Virus record (IMG/VR): IMGVR_UViG_3300022821_000097
Coordinates: 1 to 26,843 of that record
DNA from: a virus
Lineage: Duplodnaviria; Caudoviricetes
DNA length: 26,843 bases
Strand: one strand, 5' to 3'
Shown piece by piece: positions 15,766-23,968 of the stretch; within the stretch, counting starts at the first letter, position 1, and every line of letters begins with the position of its first letter. The position numbers and the translations under genes were made by a program. Under the pieces are notes generated by a model. The model was not told where the DNA came from and made no database searches. It worked only from the letters and a program-made list of their open reading frames with translations.

Positions 15766-15889
15766 AAAGATTCAACGATTCAGGTGCGAGCCTTCAATTT
15801 GGGAGAAAAGTAAAGTGCGGGCTGAAGCTAAAGGAACTACACGCTCTGAAATATGTAGAAAAGCGTTAATTCAATCACTTAATTCTTAA
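15752..15889 (+). CDS. Ribbon-helix-helix DNA-binding protein (45 aa)
   Basis: MREVKKIQRFRCEPSIWEKSKVRAEAKGTTRSEICRKALIQSLNS, Arc/CopG pattern. Confidence 0.65.
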   Translation: MREVKKIQRFRCEPSIWEKSKVRAEAKGTTRSEICRKALIQSLNS

Positions 15890-15893
15890 TATT

Positions 15894-16247
15894 ATGAAAC
15901 AGCACATCAAAATAAGCCTTTACGACCTTAATCAAGAAAAAATTGATGAAATAGAAAAAGATTATCCTGAAATTTATAAAGAATTTTCTCCAGTAAATAG
16001 GTTTTGCGATCCTTTTGCTTTCGGGATAACTGACGAAAAAGAAACAATTACAGCTTTATCAAAGCGGGCGCAAAATGCAATGGTCGCAACTCAAATTCCA
16101 CTTGAGAATATTTCAAAAGAATTTTTAGGGTATGACAACAAGCACGAATGCAATTTATTCGAAGATATTTCAGATTTTATTTCTGAATTAGAAGAAAAAG
16201 AAAACTATAAAAAACTTTTAGAAATAATTAAATTATGTCAATCTTAA
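15894..16247 (+). CDS. Hypothetical protein (117 aa)
   Basis: ORF track. Confidence 0.75.
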   Translation: MKQHIKISLYDLNQEKIDEIEKDYPEIYKEFSPVNRFCDPFAFGITDEKETITALSKRAQNAMVATQIPLENISKEFLGYDNKHECNLFEDISDFISELEEKENYKKLLEIIKLCQS

Positions 16248-16357
16248 TGACTGAACTAGAAGAAATTACCGCTTTGGCTTGGATTGAGCTTCGAAGGTGT
16301 TTGATTCGCTACACTCTTCCACTTTCTTTATTTACTTATATTATTTATAAATTATGA
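16235..16357 (+). CDS. 40-aa hydrophobic peptide
   Basis: Manual translation; ATGA-coupled to the next gene. Confidence 0.5.
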   Translation: MSILMTELEEITALAWIELRRCLIRYTLPLSLFTYIIYKL

Positions 16358-16500
16358 AAACAATTATCTTTTTCGCCACCTTGACGATTGTCGCTACGAT
16401 TCTCCTTGCCAGCGGGTATTCAAGCGGCTGGATGTCTACTTTCCTGCCTGTTTTTTGCTTGATTATGCTAACTCTTAACACAATATTTTTAGATGAATGA
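16354..16500 (+). CDS. 48-aa two-TM membrane peptide
   Basis: MKTIIFFATLTIVATILLASGYSSGWMSTFLPVFCLIMLTLNTIFLDE. Confidence 0.6.
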   Translation: MKTIIFFATLTIVATILLASGYSSGWMSTFLPVFCLIMLTLNTIFLDE

Positions 16501-16544
16501 CCTTTCCCTCTCCACTGCGCGTTCTCTCGTTATCTTGGTTTTAA

Positions 16545-16691
16545 TTATTCCGGTGATGGTGCTTTGGTCTTCGCTTGTTGGATGATTTTTCTTTGAAGTT
16601 CGCACGCTCCTTTGATTACTTTCTTCATTATTTTTTTCTGTTCAGATGGTTTGAGTTCGGCGAAGTCGGAAAGTTCGTTTATCTTTTTCAT
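16545..16691 (-). CDS. 48-aa hypothetical protein
   Basis: MKKINELSDFAELKPSEQKKIMKKVIKGACELQRK...; taaccaacaacagATG leader. Confidence 0.6.
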   Translation of the reverse strand: MKKINELSDFAELKPSEQKKIMKKVIKGACELQRKIIQQAKTKAPSPE

Positions 16692-16786
16692 CTGTTGTTG
16701 GTTACTACTCTCCTCGTGGGCGTATTGCCTATTTGTTTTGCTCCTGTTGCGTTCTACTGTGAGAATGAATACAATTAGCTACTGGC

Positions 16787-16972
16787 TCATTCTTGATCGT
16801 TAGAGCGGATTTGTGCGGCGTTTATAATACTCAAAATTTGAAGATCTATTTTTTCTATCCGTCTGTTTGATTGAGTTGCTTCGTATGTGTTTAAACAAGC
16901 CACAAACGGAGTTAGCATTTCCTTTTCCTTGTTCAGCCCGATTATCGCCTCTTTTGCTAGTTCGTTGTTCAT
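16787..16972 (-). CDS. Hypothetical protein (61 aa)
   Basis: ORF track; ATGA-coupled. Confidence 0.65.
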   Translation of the reverse strand: MNNELAKEAIIGLNKEKEMLTPFVACLNTYEATQSNRRIEKIDLQILSIINAAQIRSNDQE

Positions 16973-17106
16973 TTTGAAGTGGTTACTTTGTTTTGTGATT
17001 TAAATTGAAGTGTTTCTCCGCATTGACAAATAAACTTTTGGAATCCGGGTTTTGATTCGGTCTTCTGCATCGAACTGCCGCATTCTCCGCATTTTATGTC
17101 GATCAT
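16969..17106 (-). CDS. 45-aa Zn-ribbon peptide
   Basis: MIDIKCGECG...FICQCG; aaaccccacaATG leader. Confidence 0.65.
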   Translation of the reverse strand: MIDIKCGECGSSMQKTESKPGFQKFICQCGETLQFKSQNKVTTSK

Positions 17107-17125
17107 TGTGGGGTTTTATTCTTCA

Positions 17126-17422
17126 TTAAAAATCTTTTAATAGTTTCTCGTTCTTCTTGAGCTTGAAGTGCATTATATTTAAATTTTCTCCGTCTATTCG
17201 CTGGTCGTACCATTCGAAAAACTCGTCTGATGTTAATTTGTATCTGAAAAAGTCTGCCATTATTGTTGTGTCAACGAACCAGTCCCCCCAGTTCATTATT
17301 TCTCCGATTTTGGCTCCGACCCAGTACCATTCTCGGGGGTTTTCGTCGGGGTACAGCTCTTTTAGAAAGGCAACGGCTAGTCCATCTGCTGCTTTTTCGT
17401 AATTTGTTAGGACTTTGTTCAT
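17126..17422 (-). CDS. Hypothetical phage protein (98 aa)
   Basis: ORF track; Trp-rich (WYWVG, FFEWYD). Confidence 0.75.
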   Translation of the reverse strand: MNKVLTNYEKAADGLAVAFLKELYPDENPREWYWVGAKIGEIMNWGDWFVDTTIMADFFRYKLTSDEFFEWYDQRIDGENLNIMHFKLKKNEKLLKDF

Positions 17423-17431
17423 AGCTTAAGT

Positions 17432-17734
17432 CTACTCTTTTGCTTTCTTTTTGTCCAGTGATTCTAGAAATTCGATGAATTGATTTCTGTCTTTTGCGTC
17501 GTATTGTATGCCGTTTTTTCCACTTACTGGTGCTCTTCCTTTGATTGTGGGGACTTCGTAGATGTAGAAATTGAGCCATTCTTGGAGAATGTCGTCGAAG
17601 TTGTCGAGATACGCAGCGACTAGTCTTAAATTATTACCATAATAAAAGTTGCCATCTGGTCGAACTGCGCTGATGCGTTCATCGTCCTTTTGTTTCCAGT
17701 GTTCGAGCTTTGTTAGGATTGTTTGGTAGTTCAT
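17432..17734 (-). CDS. Hypothetical phage protein (100 aa)
   Basis: ORF track; overlaps the methyltransferase stop. Confidence 0.75.
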   Translation of the reverse strand: MNYQTILTKLEHWKQKDDERISAVRPDGNFYYGNNLRLVAAYLDNFDDILQEWLNFYIYEVPTIKGRAPVSGKNGIQYDAKDRNQFIEFLESLDKKKAKE

Positions 17735-18381
17735 AGTAGTTGCATTACTTGTTGTTGGAGGCGTGATTCTGCGATCTCGCAGTATTTTTCTTCTAGCTCG
17801 ACACCGATGAAGCGACGATTGAGGTCTTTACAAGCTCGTGCTGTTGTTCCGCTGCCGAGAAATGGGTCGAGGATTAAATCATTTTCTTCAGTGAATTTTT
17901 CAATTATCCACCTCATAAGTTCTACTGGTTTTTCAGTCGGGTGAATGCTTGTTTTTGTGTTCACAAAGTTTGTCCATCGCTGTGTATATTTGAAAACTTT
18001 TTTATATCCAGAAATACTTGCTATCTCGCATTGGCTACTGTCCGGCAAAGGCTGAAGCTTATCCCAAACTATTGAACCACCTTCACTAAAGCAGTTAAAA
18101 TAATTTGCGCCCCAAATTATCTGTCTCTTGCTGACGAGGCGCATAAAGAAAAAAACATCGTCATTTGGTTTATTTTTGTCCCAAAAAACTTTATCTACAC
18201 TTCGCTTGTCTTCTCTACTAGCAGTACAGTTCCTGTTTTGAACATTTATTCCGTACGGCGGATCGGTCAGAACTAAATCAATCGAGTTGTCGGGTAGCAG
18301 CTTCATAAAATCCAAACAGTCTGCGTTTACCACCTGATTTATAGACTGTTCCCAGTTCGTGATTTCGTTTAGCTTTAGCAT
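17731..18381 (-). CDS. Orphan N6-adenine/N4-cytosine DNA methyltransferase (beta class)
   Basis: DLVLTDPPYG catalytic motif before HPTEKP and ILDPFLGSGTT SAM-binding motif. Confidence 0.93.
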   Translation of the reverse strand: MLKLNEITNWEQSINQVVNADCLDFMKLLPDNSIDLVLTDPPYGINVQNRNCTASREDKRSVDKVFWDKNKPNDDVFFFMRLVSKRQIIWGANYFNCFSEGGSIVWDKLQPLPDSSQCEIASISGYKKVFKYTQRWTNFVNTKTSIHPTEKPVELMRWIIEKFTEENDLILDPFLGSGTTARACKDLNRRFIGVELEEKYCEIAESRLQQQVMQLL

Positions 18382-18510
18382 TTAGATTCTAGGTACGAGT
18401 TGAGTCTTGCTAGTTGTATTGCTCGTGTCGCATTCTTGTTTACACGACGAGCAGATTGCGTTTCCGTCGTCGTCGTATTCGATTTTCGCTAAACAGCAGT
18501 GGCTTTGCAT
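18382..18510 (-). CDS. 42-aa Cys-rich peptide
   Basis: MQSHCCLAKIEYDDDGNAICSSCKQECD...; fills the gap exactly. Confidence 0.7.
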   Translation of the reverse strand: MQSHCCLAKIEYDDDGNAICSSCKQECDTSNTTSKTQLVPRI

Positions 18511-18511
18511 A

Positions 18512-19588
18512 TTAGAACATTATTTGACCATTTTCTTTATTAAACTCTAAATCTGTTTCAGCAGTTTTTCCGTGCCTATTCTTTCTTATTCTACAGGTAA
18601 ACGGAACAATTTCTAAACCCTGTTCGTTTTTTCCGCGGACTAACTCGATTCCAACATCACAAGCCGCTGCTATTGCTCCACTGCCTTTGAACCCCATTGT
18701 TTTCTTATCGTTGTTGGCTGATTCGTTTGAAACTTGCGAAAGTCCAACGATGCATATATTATTTTTTAATGCGAGCGATTGAAGATTGATTGAGATGTTT
18801 GTTAGTCTTTCATATTCGCTTTTTTCATCTGATTTTATATTTTGGATGAAATCAATGAAAACTACTTTTGGTTTTTCCTGTGTCGAAATTAAATGAGACT
18901 CAATTTGCTCAATCCTATTTTTATCGTTGAATATTTTTAGTTTTAATTTTCTCAAATCATCTACTCCTTTTTCTCTAAATCGTATTTCAAACATTCTTAA
19001 AAATCTTTCGATAATATCTTTCTTTGACATTTCCAGCGAATAGAAAAAAACTAAATCATTTTTCGCGACATTCTTTATCATTTCAAGTGCAAATTGAGTT
19101 TTACCAACATTCGTATATCCTCCCACGATCCAAAAATGACAGCCTTTCAGCCCGATTGTGTTTCTGTCGAGAAAATCTATTCCTGTTTGGACTCCGTTTG
19201 TTTTGCCTTCACTTCGCTCGATCAATATTTCGTTTAGGCAGTCATCAATCGTTTTTGAGTCAAAATCCTGCATATGATAAACCTCTGCCAAAATTTTCTC
19301 TAAATCTTCCTTTGTGTTGAGCGGATTGCTTTTTATTTTAAATTCAATATATTCCTTTTTCAGCTGATTTATTATTTTGTCAGTGATTGGCGGACACCAA
19401 AATTCTTTGAATTCCTGAATATGTTTCCAGTCTTCTCCGAATTTGACATATTCTCCATTATGAAATTTGACCGATTTCTCAAAAAAATCTCGGTGATTTG
19501 TAAAAAGTTTTGAGTCGAGGCACATCAATTCTGATCGAACATCTTTGCGTTCCCAGATTCCGGCGATGATGTCTAATTCTGTGTTCAT
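18512..19588 (-). CDS. dnaB: DnaB-like replicative helicase
   Basis: GGYTNVGKT (Walker A), FYSLEM, VVFIDFIQ (Walker B), LSQVS, KGSGAI, KNRHG. Confidence 0.92.
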   Translation of the reverse strand: MNTELDIIAGIWERKDVRSELMCLDSKLFTNHRDFFEKSVKFHNGEYVKFGEDWKHIQEFKEFWCPPITDKIINQLKKEYIEFKIKSNPLNTKEDLEKILAEVYHMQDFDSKTIDDCLNEILIERSEGKTNGVQTGIDFLDRNTIGLKGCHFWIVGGYTNVGKTQFALEMIKNVAKNDLVFFYSLEMSKKDIIERFLRMFEIRFREKGVDDLRKLKLKIFNDKNRIEQIESHLISTQEKPKVVFIDFIQNIKSDEKSEYERLTNISINLQSLALKNNICIVGLSQVSNESANNDKKTMGFKGSGAIAAACDVGIELVRGKNEQGLEIVPFTCRIRKNRHGKTAETDLEFNKENGQIMF

Positions 19589-20250
19589 AAATAGCGGGTA
19601 GTTTTATCTGCTTTTTTAATTTTGGGTTCTTTGCCGCTACACCAGCCTCCTACTGCGGCGCGCCAGCTTTTCATTTTGTTTTTGCCGACCATCCAGCCTT
19701 TCGATTCGTAGAAGTTCCAAAATTTTTGCGCCTCGGCTTCGTTGAATCCCTTTTCATCGAATACGACAATACACTCTTCGATTTTAGGAATCACAAACCG
19801 AGGCGAAGCCGAGGGTGGTTTCTTTTCATTCTTTTCATTCTTATCATTCTTGTTTATGTATCGTCTGCTGTCTTTCTGCTGTCTTTCTGCTGTATCGTCT
19901 GCTGTATCGTTTTGGAACTTCTCATAGTTTAGAATGGTGATTATTGTTGTTAGGTATCGGTCTTTCTGCTGTTCTATCTGCTGTTCAGTTTCAAGTAGTT
20001 TTAGGAAGCGTCTTACCTTGTTCTTGCTCCACTTCCATCTCTTGCTCATTGTCAATTCACTCCATCCGATCTGTCCCCTCTCAATATTTATTATGTTTCC
20101 GCGGATGCTGATAAATCCCTTTGCGTGGTTGGCATTAAGAAATAAATCAATCCATGCTTGCGCTTTCGTGAATGGTTCGAGGAAGTATAAGCTGTTATCT
20201 TCAATGCTCCTGTAAAGCCTAACCCATCCTCTTTTTTTCCAGTCGTTCAT
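19585..20250 (-). CDS. Phage replication initiator (lambda O/DnaD-like)
   Basis: GWVRLYRSI...AWIDL...RGQ wHTH N-terminus; C-terminal KFWNFYESKGWMVGKNKMKSWRAA; coupled to the helicase; internal iterons. Confidence 0.85.
   Translation of the reverse strand: MNDWKKRGWVRLYRSIEDNSLYFLEPFTKAQAWIDLFLNANHAKGFISIRGNIINIERGQIGWSELTMSKRWKWSKNKVRRFLKLLETEQQIEQQKDRYLTTIITILNYEKFQNDTADDTAERQQKDSRRYINKNDKNEKNEKKPPSASPRFVIPKIEECIVVFDEKGFNEAEAQKFWNFYESKGWMVGKNKMKSWRAAVGGWCSGKEPKIKKADKTTRYL
19820..19984. repeat. Iterons / probable replication origin inside the initiator gene
   Basis: Six TCTGCTGT copies (19864, 19875, 19886, 19898, 19965, 19977) next to three AT-rich TTCTT(T/A)TCA 9-mers. Confidence 0.7.
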
Positions 20251-20401
20251 AAATACTTTGTAAATTTTTAGGATTATTAAAAATAGATTCTAATATTTCA
20301 GAAACCTCTTCTTGGTTAATATCAAAATTTCCAACTCCATACATTCTGAAGTTTGCAGCGTGCAAATTTTTCGCGAGTTTTTTATAGTTCTGATTCTTCA
20401 T
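20219..20401 (-). CDS. Hypothetical protein (60 aa)
   Basis: ORF track; ttaaaccccctgcgacATG leader. Confidence 0.7.
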   Translation of the reverse strand: MKNQNYKKLAKNLHAANFRMYGVGNFDINQEEVSEILESIFNNPKNLQSIYERLEKKRMG

Positions 20402-20416
20402 GTCGCAGGGGGTTTA

Positions 20417-20537
20417 AATTATCTCAAAGGCTCACACCACTAAAAACCCCTTGCGAGAGAAAGGTGATGTGAGCTTCCGAAATAATTTTGCAAGAGGTCA
20501 TTTACTCGATTGTACACCTTTTTTGCTCAAGAAGCAA
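20417..20537 (-). promoter_or_regulatory. Replication-operon promoter and structured leader containing a 25-codon uORF
   Basis: TTGCTT-N17-TACAAT (20537-20509); ATG 20501 to TGA 20424; ~24-bp stem whose loop pairs upstream. Confidence 0.6.
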
Positions 20538-20682
20538 TATCCGTCTTTACGGTCAGTGAGTCTATCTGTTTAAGCATCTTATCGACTGTCTTCTGCTCTT
20601 CTCCGTCCACGAAGTACCAGAGGGACATTAGGGCTGCTTTTATGTCTCTTGTGTATTTCGCCCTGTGGAGTTCCTTGTTCAT
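20527..20682 (-). CDS. 51-aa hypothetical protein
   Basis: MNKELHRAKYTRDIKAALMSLWYFVDG... Confidence 0.65.
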   Translation of the reverse strand: MNKELHRAKYTRDIKAALMSLWYFVDGEEQKTVDKMLKQIDSLTVKTDIAS

Positions 20683-20688
20683 TTTGAG

Positions 20689-20785
20689 TGGGGAGAAGGG
20701 CAGGAGTCGAACCTGCTACACACACTTATTGACGCGTTGAGTGTGATCTCCGTGGGGTGCGTTCGCCGTGACGCTTCACCTCTCC
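20689..20785 (-). tRNA. tRNA-like RNA with no canonical anticodon arm
   Basis: Perfect T-arm GCAGG-TTCGACT-CCTGC; 3' CCA; imperfect acceptor GGAGAGG/CCTTCTCC; D-like arm GCGT-CACGGCGA-ACGC; own promoter. Confidence 0.6.
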
Positions 20786-20820
20786 ATATATTAAATTTAT
20801 TTATTATTTTATATGTACTA

Positions 20821-20849
20821 ATTCTATCAAACCACTCTCTTTATGTCAA
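20821..20849 (-). promoter_or_regulatory. Consensus sigma70 promoter for the tRNA-like RNA
   Basis: TTGACA-N17-TAGAAT. Confidence 0.8.
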
Positions 20850-20854
20850 TACGC

Positions 20855-20880
20855 AAAAAATCCACCGATGAAAGTGGATT
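20855..20880 (-). terminator. Intrinsic terminator
   Basis: Minus strand aatccac-N8-gtggatt followed by a T run. Confidence 0.55.
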
Positions 20881-21007
20881 GCATGCAACACCCGGAAAAT
20901 GTAGGTTCAGTATATCAGTTGTGGGGAGAAAGTCAATCTCTACATTCCCACAAACACCGAGATTTTGTGGGGGGCTGAACAGAGTCCAGGGGAATATAGA
21001 GAGTCAA

Positions 21008-21382
21008 CTATTTCTTTTTCAGTTCTGCCATTATCTTTCGTTTCAGATATGTAAGATAATACGCAAAGGTTTCAGTATTGTCTAGGCTGATTGGCACTCC
21101 TCGATTGTTGAAGCCGTGCATCACTACATGGACTAGCTCGTGGTCTAGCACAAAGTCGTTGAGAGCCTCCTTCTTGTTTTTGATGAACAGGGCGATCGTA
21201 GCCCAAGTTGTTTTGCTAGTTACGAATGTAAAAGCTCTTCCATTAGCATCGCCACGAGACTCTTCAAACGGATTATTACTAAATCTAGTATTCACAAAGT
21301 CAGTTGCTTCCTTTGGAGAGCAGTCCCAAATGAGCCAAAAGCCCTCTTCGAGAAACTCATCTACTATCCACTTTTTTTTCAT
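21008..21382 (-). CDS. Zincin-like HExxH protein (putative metallopeptidase)
   Basis: VLDHELVHVVM with downstream ETFAYY. Confidence 0.7.
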   Translation of the reverse strand: MKKKWIVDEFLEEGFWLIWDCSPKEATDFVNTRFSNNPFEESRGDANGRAFTFVTSKTTWATIALFIKNKKEALNDFVLDHELVHVVMHGFNNRGVPISLDNTETFAYYLTYLKRKIMAELKKK

Positions 21383-21391
21383 ACCTTAATA

Positions 21392-21580
21392 CTACACTCC
21401 TTTTAGAGACTTTTCAACCATCCTTGTCAGTCCCGGGAATTTCAGTCTGTATTCGTGGCGGACAGTTCCCTTTTTCTTCTTTGCTAAATAGAATGGCTTT
21501 TTGCCTTTCGCTTCAATCGTTCTGATAATTCTGTTGAGATACAAGGACGACAGATTATCACGAGAGAGGAGAGAGGTCAA
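21392..21580 (-). CDS. Basic hypothetical protein, start uncertain
   Basis: ORF track; TTG start lies immediately after a TATAAT. Confidence 0.35.
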   Translation of the reverse strand: MTSLLSRDNLSSLYLNRIIRTIEAKGKKPFYLAKKKKGTVRHEYRLKFPGLTRMVEKSLKGV

Positions 21581-21628
21581 GATTATAAATCAACCCATCT
21601 TTTGTATACTCGTTTTATATTTAAAAGA

Positions 21629-21657
21629 TTGACAGGGTGGATTCCGTTTGCTAGACT
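21629..21657 (+). promoter_or_regulatory. Rightward sigma70 promoter
   Basis: TTGACA-N17-TAGACT. Confidence 0.75.
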
Positions 21658-21676
21658 ATTCACATAACCAAACCAA

Positions 21677-21841
21677 ATGACTCAACCAAAACGAAAGCCA
21701 CTCTCGATCGACCTTGCCACTAGGAAGCTCCTAGAGGAGGCTACAGCCCTCACACAGGCAGGGCAGGATAGAAAGGTCTACATGTCAGATACGATCTTCT
21801 ACGCCCTTAAAAAGCAAATTAAAGACCCTTCAATTGCCTAA
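21677..21841 (+). CDS. 54-aa putative ribbon-helix-helix regulator
   Basis: MTQPKRKPLSIDLATRKLLEEAT...KVYMSDTIFYALKK; first gene after the promoter. Confidence 0.6.
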   Translation: MTQPKRKPLSIDLATRKLLEEATALTQAGQDRKVYMSDTIFYALKKQIKDPSIA

Positions 21842-21956
21842 AAGCTATGTCACACACGAAGACCTCCAAAAAGCTTTCGAAGAGTTTAGAAAGGAGATCG
21901 AGGTGAACAAGAAGCTAGTTAAAGAGAGAAAGAAATTATTTAATTCTAAAAAATGA
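21834..21956 (+). CDS. 40-aa hypothetical protein (TTG start)
   Basis: (M)PKSYVTHEDLQKAFEEFRKEIE...; ATGA-coupled to the next gene. Confidence 0.45.
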   Translation: MPKSYVTHEDLQKAFEEFRKEIEVNKKLVKERKKLFNSKK

Positions 21957-22072
21957 CTAACTTTGAAAAATCACTAGAAGACCTGATGGTCGCGGCAGCA
22001 AAGTTCTCACAAGACAGTGAGGCTGTTGAAAACGAGCTAAAAGAGCTGGAGACTTTAATCTTTGCCAAATGA
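21953..22072 (+). CDS. 39-aa hypothetical protein
   Basis: MTNFEKSLEDLMVAAAKFSQDSEAVENELKELETLIFAK. Confidence 0.55.
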   Translation: MTNFEKSLEDLMVAAAKFSQDSEAVENELKELETLIFAK

Positions 22073-22157
22073 ATGAACCAACGGACTGGTCTATCCGAGC
22101 ACAAAATGGAGGATACGACCCAGCAGATTACGAAACAGAACAATAACACCACTTAAA

Positions 22158-23186
22158 ATGATTCAAACAATAGTAGGGATTTCTTTTAATCCTGTAAATG
22201 ACGACTCAATCAAGACTGGCTCTGATGTCAATATTATCCACGACCGAGATAATAAGTTTTCTTCAAGGGCTATTGCTGTTATGTTCGGTGATACAAGACT
22301 CGGGCATATTGGAGAGAAAGCCAACGAAAAACACGAAGAGATATTTAACAGCCTTCCGTTAAAAGCGAAGGTTCACACGATTGCAAAACTTTCCGATGGC
22401 GAAGAGTTCGCCAAATTTAAAGTCGGTGAGATTACTCATTTAGAAGTTGAGTTTCCTATGTCGTCAGACGCTAAATCAGGCACTAAATCATTCAACGAAG
22501 AAATAGTGCTCAAGTTCGATCCGAAGAGCCACAGATACACCTACAACGGCGCAGAGCTAATATCTGCGACGAACTACATCAAGAGATGGGTGAAAGAGTT
22601 CGACAAAGAAACAATTTCTTTTCACTACGCCAAAAAGCTAGGATGCAAACAGTCAGAGGTTTTAGATTTTTGGAATGGCGCAGGGAAAGTCTCGGCTGAC
22701 TTTGGAACTTCGGTTCACAATGCTCTCGAACACTACGAGAAATTTAAAAAACTAGGAAAGATTATTCAGGACAAAAAAGAATTAGAATTTAACAAAGCTC
22801 TCCCAACTCATCCTGCTTTGAGGAAAATCGTTTCAGAGTTTATTGATAAGTTCGGAGATCACGAGGTTGAAACCGAGATTGTGGTCACGAATGTCGAGAG
22901 AGGATTATGCGGGATGATAGACCGATTGAAGGTTATCGATTCAGAGAAAAAGATTTGCCGAGTCGAGGACTACAAAATCAATGTCGGAGCAGAAAAGAAA
23001 GGCGATAAGTTTTTAGGACAGATGGCAGAGCTACCAGCCAACAAGCTTTCTAAATACAGATTACAAATGAGCTTTTATGCCCGCTTGTTAGAATTGAGCG
23101 GATGGAGAGTAGAAGGATTAACTGCCTACATCTACGAAGACCAGTGGAAAAAAGTAGATATGGAAATAATTAAACTTGATTTTTAG
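22158..23186 (+). CDS. HIRAN domain fused to a PD-(D/E)XK exonuclease
   Basis: N-terminal IVGISF...DRDNKFSSRAIAV...LGHI (HIRAN); C-terminal GTSVHNALE, GMIDRL, EDYK, YRLQMSFY. Confidence 0.8.
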   Translation: MIQTIVGISFNPVNDDSIKTGSDVNIIHDRDNKFSSRAIAVMFGDTRLGHIGEKANEKHEEIFNSLPLKAKVHTIAKLSDGEEFAKFKVGEITHLEVEFPMSSDAKSGTKSFNEEIVLKFDPKSHRYTYNGAELISATNYIKRWVKEFDKETISFHYAKKLGCKQSEVLDFWNGAGKVSADFGTSVHNALEHYEKFKKLGKIIQDKKELEFNKALPTHPALRKIVSEFIDKFGDHEVETEIVVTNVERGLCGMIDRLKVIDSEKKICRVEDYKINVGAEKKGDKFLGQMAELPANKLSKYRLQMSFYARLLELSGWRVEGLTAYIYEDQWKKVDMEIIKLDF

Positions 23187-23259
23187 CTATATTTAAAGTA
23201 GAATTAGCCCATATTGTTAGCTCGGATGAGCTTCTCACAAATTATTTAACCAAATTATA

Positions 23260-23955
23260 ATGCCTGGCACACCAATAACATCAGGGAAACCATTCCTCTC
23301 AATCGTGGGCGGAAACTTCTCTCAAAAAGTAAAGGAAGGAACTCCCGGAGCGACTTGTCGCAAGTGGGAAATCCCCAATGGAGCAAGCGGAGAAAAATGG
23401 GAGTTTATCTTTAAAGAATGGGAGGGTCGTATTGTCTCGATCAAGTTTAAAGATTCTGACTTCGGAAAATCCTGCGATGTAGAGCTTGAAGACGCTGTTG
23501 TCTCTCTCAACACAGAGGCTCGTTTCTTCCCCGACTTCGCTAAAAAAATCTTCTCGGCTGACCTCTCAAAATCAATCTCATTCGCCCCTTACGACTTCGA
23601 GGGTGATGATAGTAAAAAGATCGTCGGAATCACAATGCGACAGGGTAACGACAAGCTCGCCAACCACTTTTACGACGGAGAGAAAAAAGAAGCCATCAAC
23701 GGAATGCCAACGACCGAGTCAGGAGTTAAGTACGACAAGGACGACTGGAAAACCTTTTTCATCAAAGTTAAAAAGTTCTTAATCTCCGAAGTAGAAAAGC
23801 TTGAGATTCCGTATTTTGAGCCAAAGGTCGAGGAAGATAAAACTCTCACCGTCAACGACCTCAAAAACGCAGGAACACCAGAGGCAAAAGCTAAAGTGGC
23901 TGCGGCAGTATCACCGACAGACGAGAAAGTAGTTATTGACGATCTCCCATTTTGA
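23260..23955 (+). CDS. Single-stranded DNA-binding protein
   Basis: Acidic tail ending DDLPF; adjacent to the exonuclease. Confidence 0.7.
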   Translation: MPGTPITSGKPFLSIVGGNFSQKVKEGTPGATCRKWEIPNGASGEKWEFIFKEWEGRIVSIKFKDSDFGKSCDVELEDAVVSLNTEARFFPDFAKKIFSADLSKSISFAPYDFEGDDSKKIVGITMRQGNDKLANHFYDGEKKEAINGMPTTESGVKYDKDDWKTFFIKVKKFLISEVEKLEIPYFEPKVEEDKTLTVNDLKNAGTPEAKAKVAAAVSPTDEKVVIDDLPF

Positions 23956-23968
23956 TGTTATTTTAACA

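Noticed and set aside
22158-23186. Cas4 acting with the repeat array
   Set aside because: No four-Cys Fe-S motif and no CRISPR context; fits a phage recombination exonuclease.
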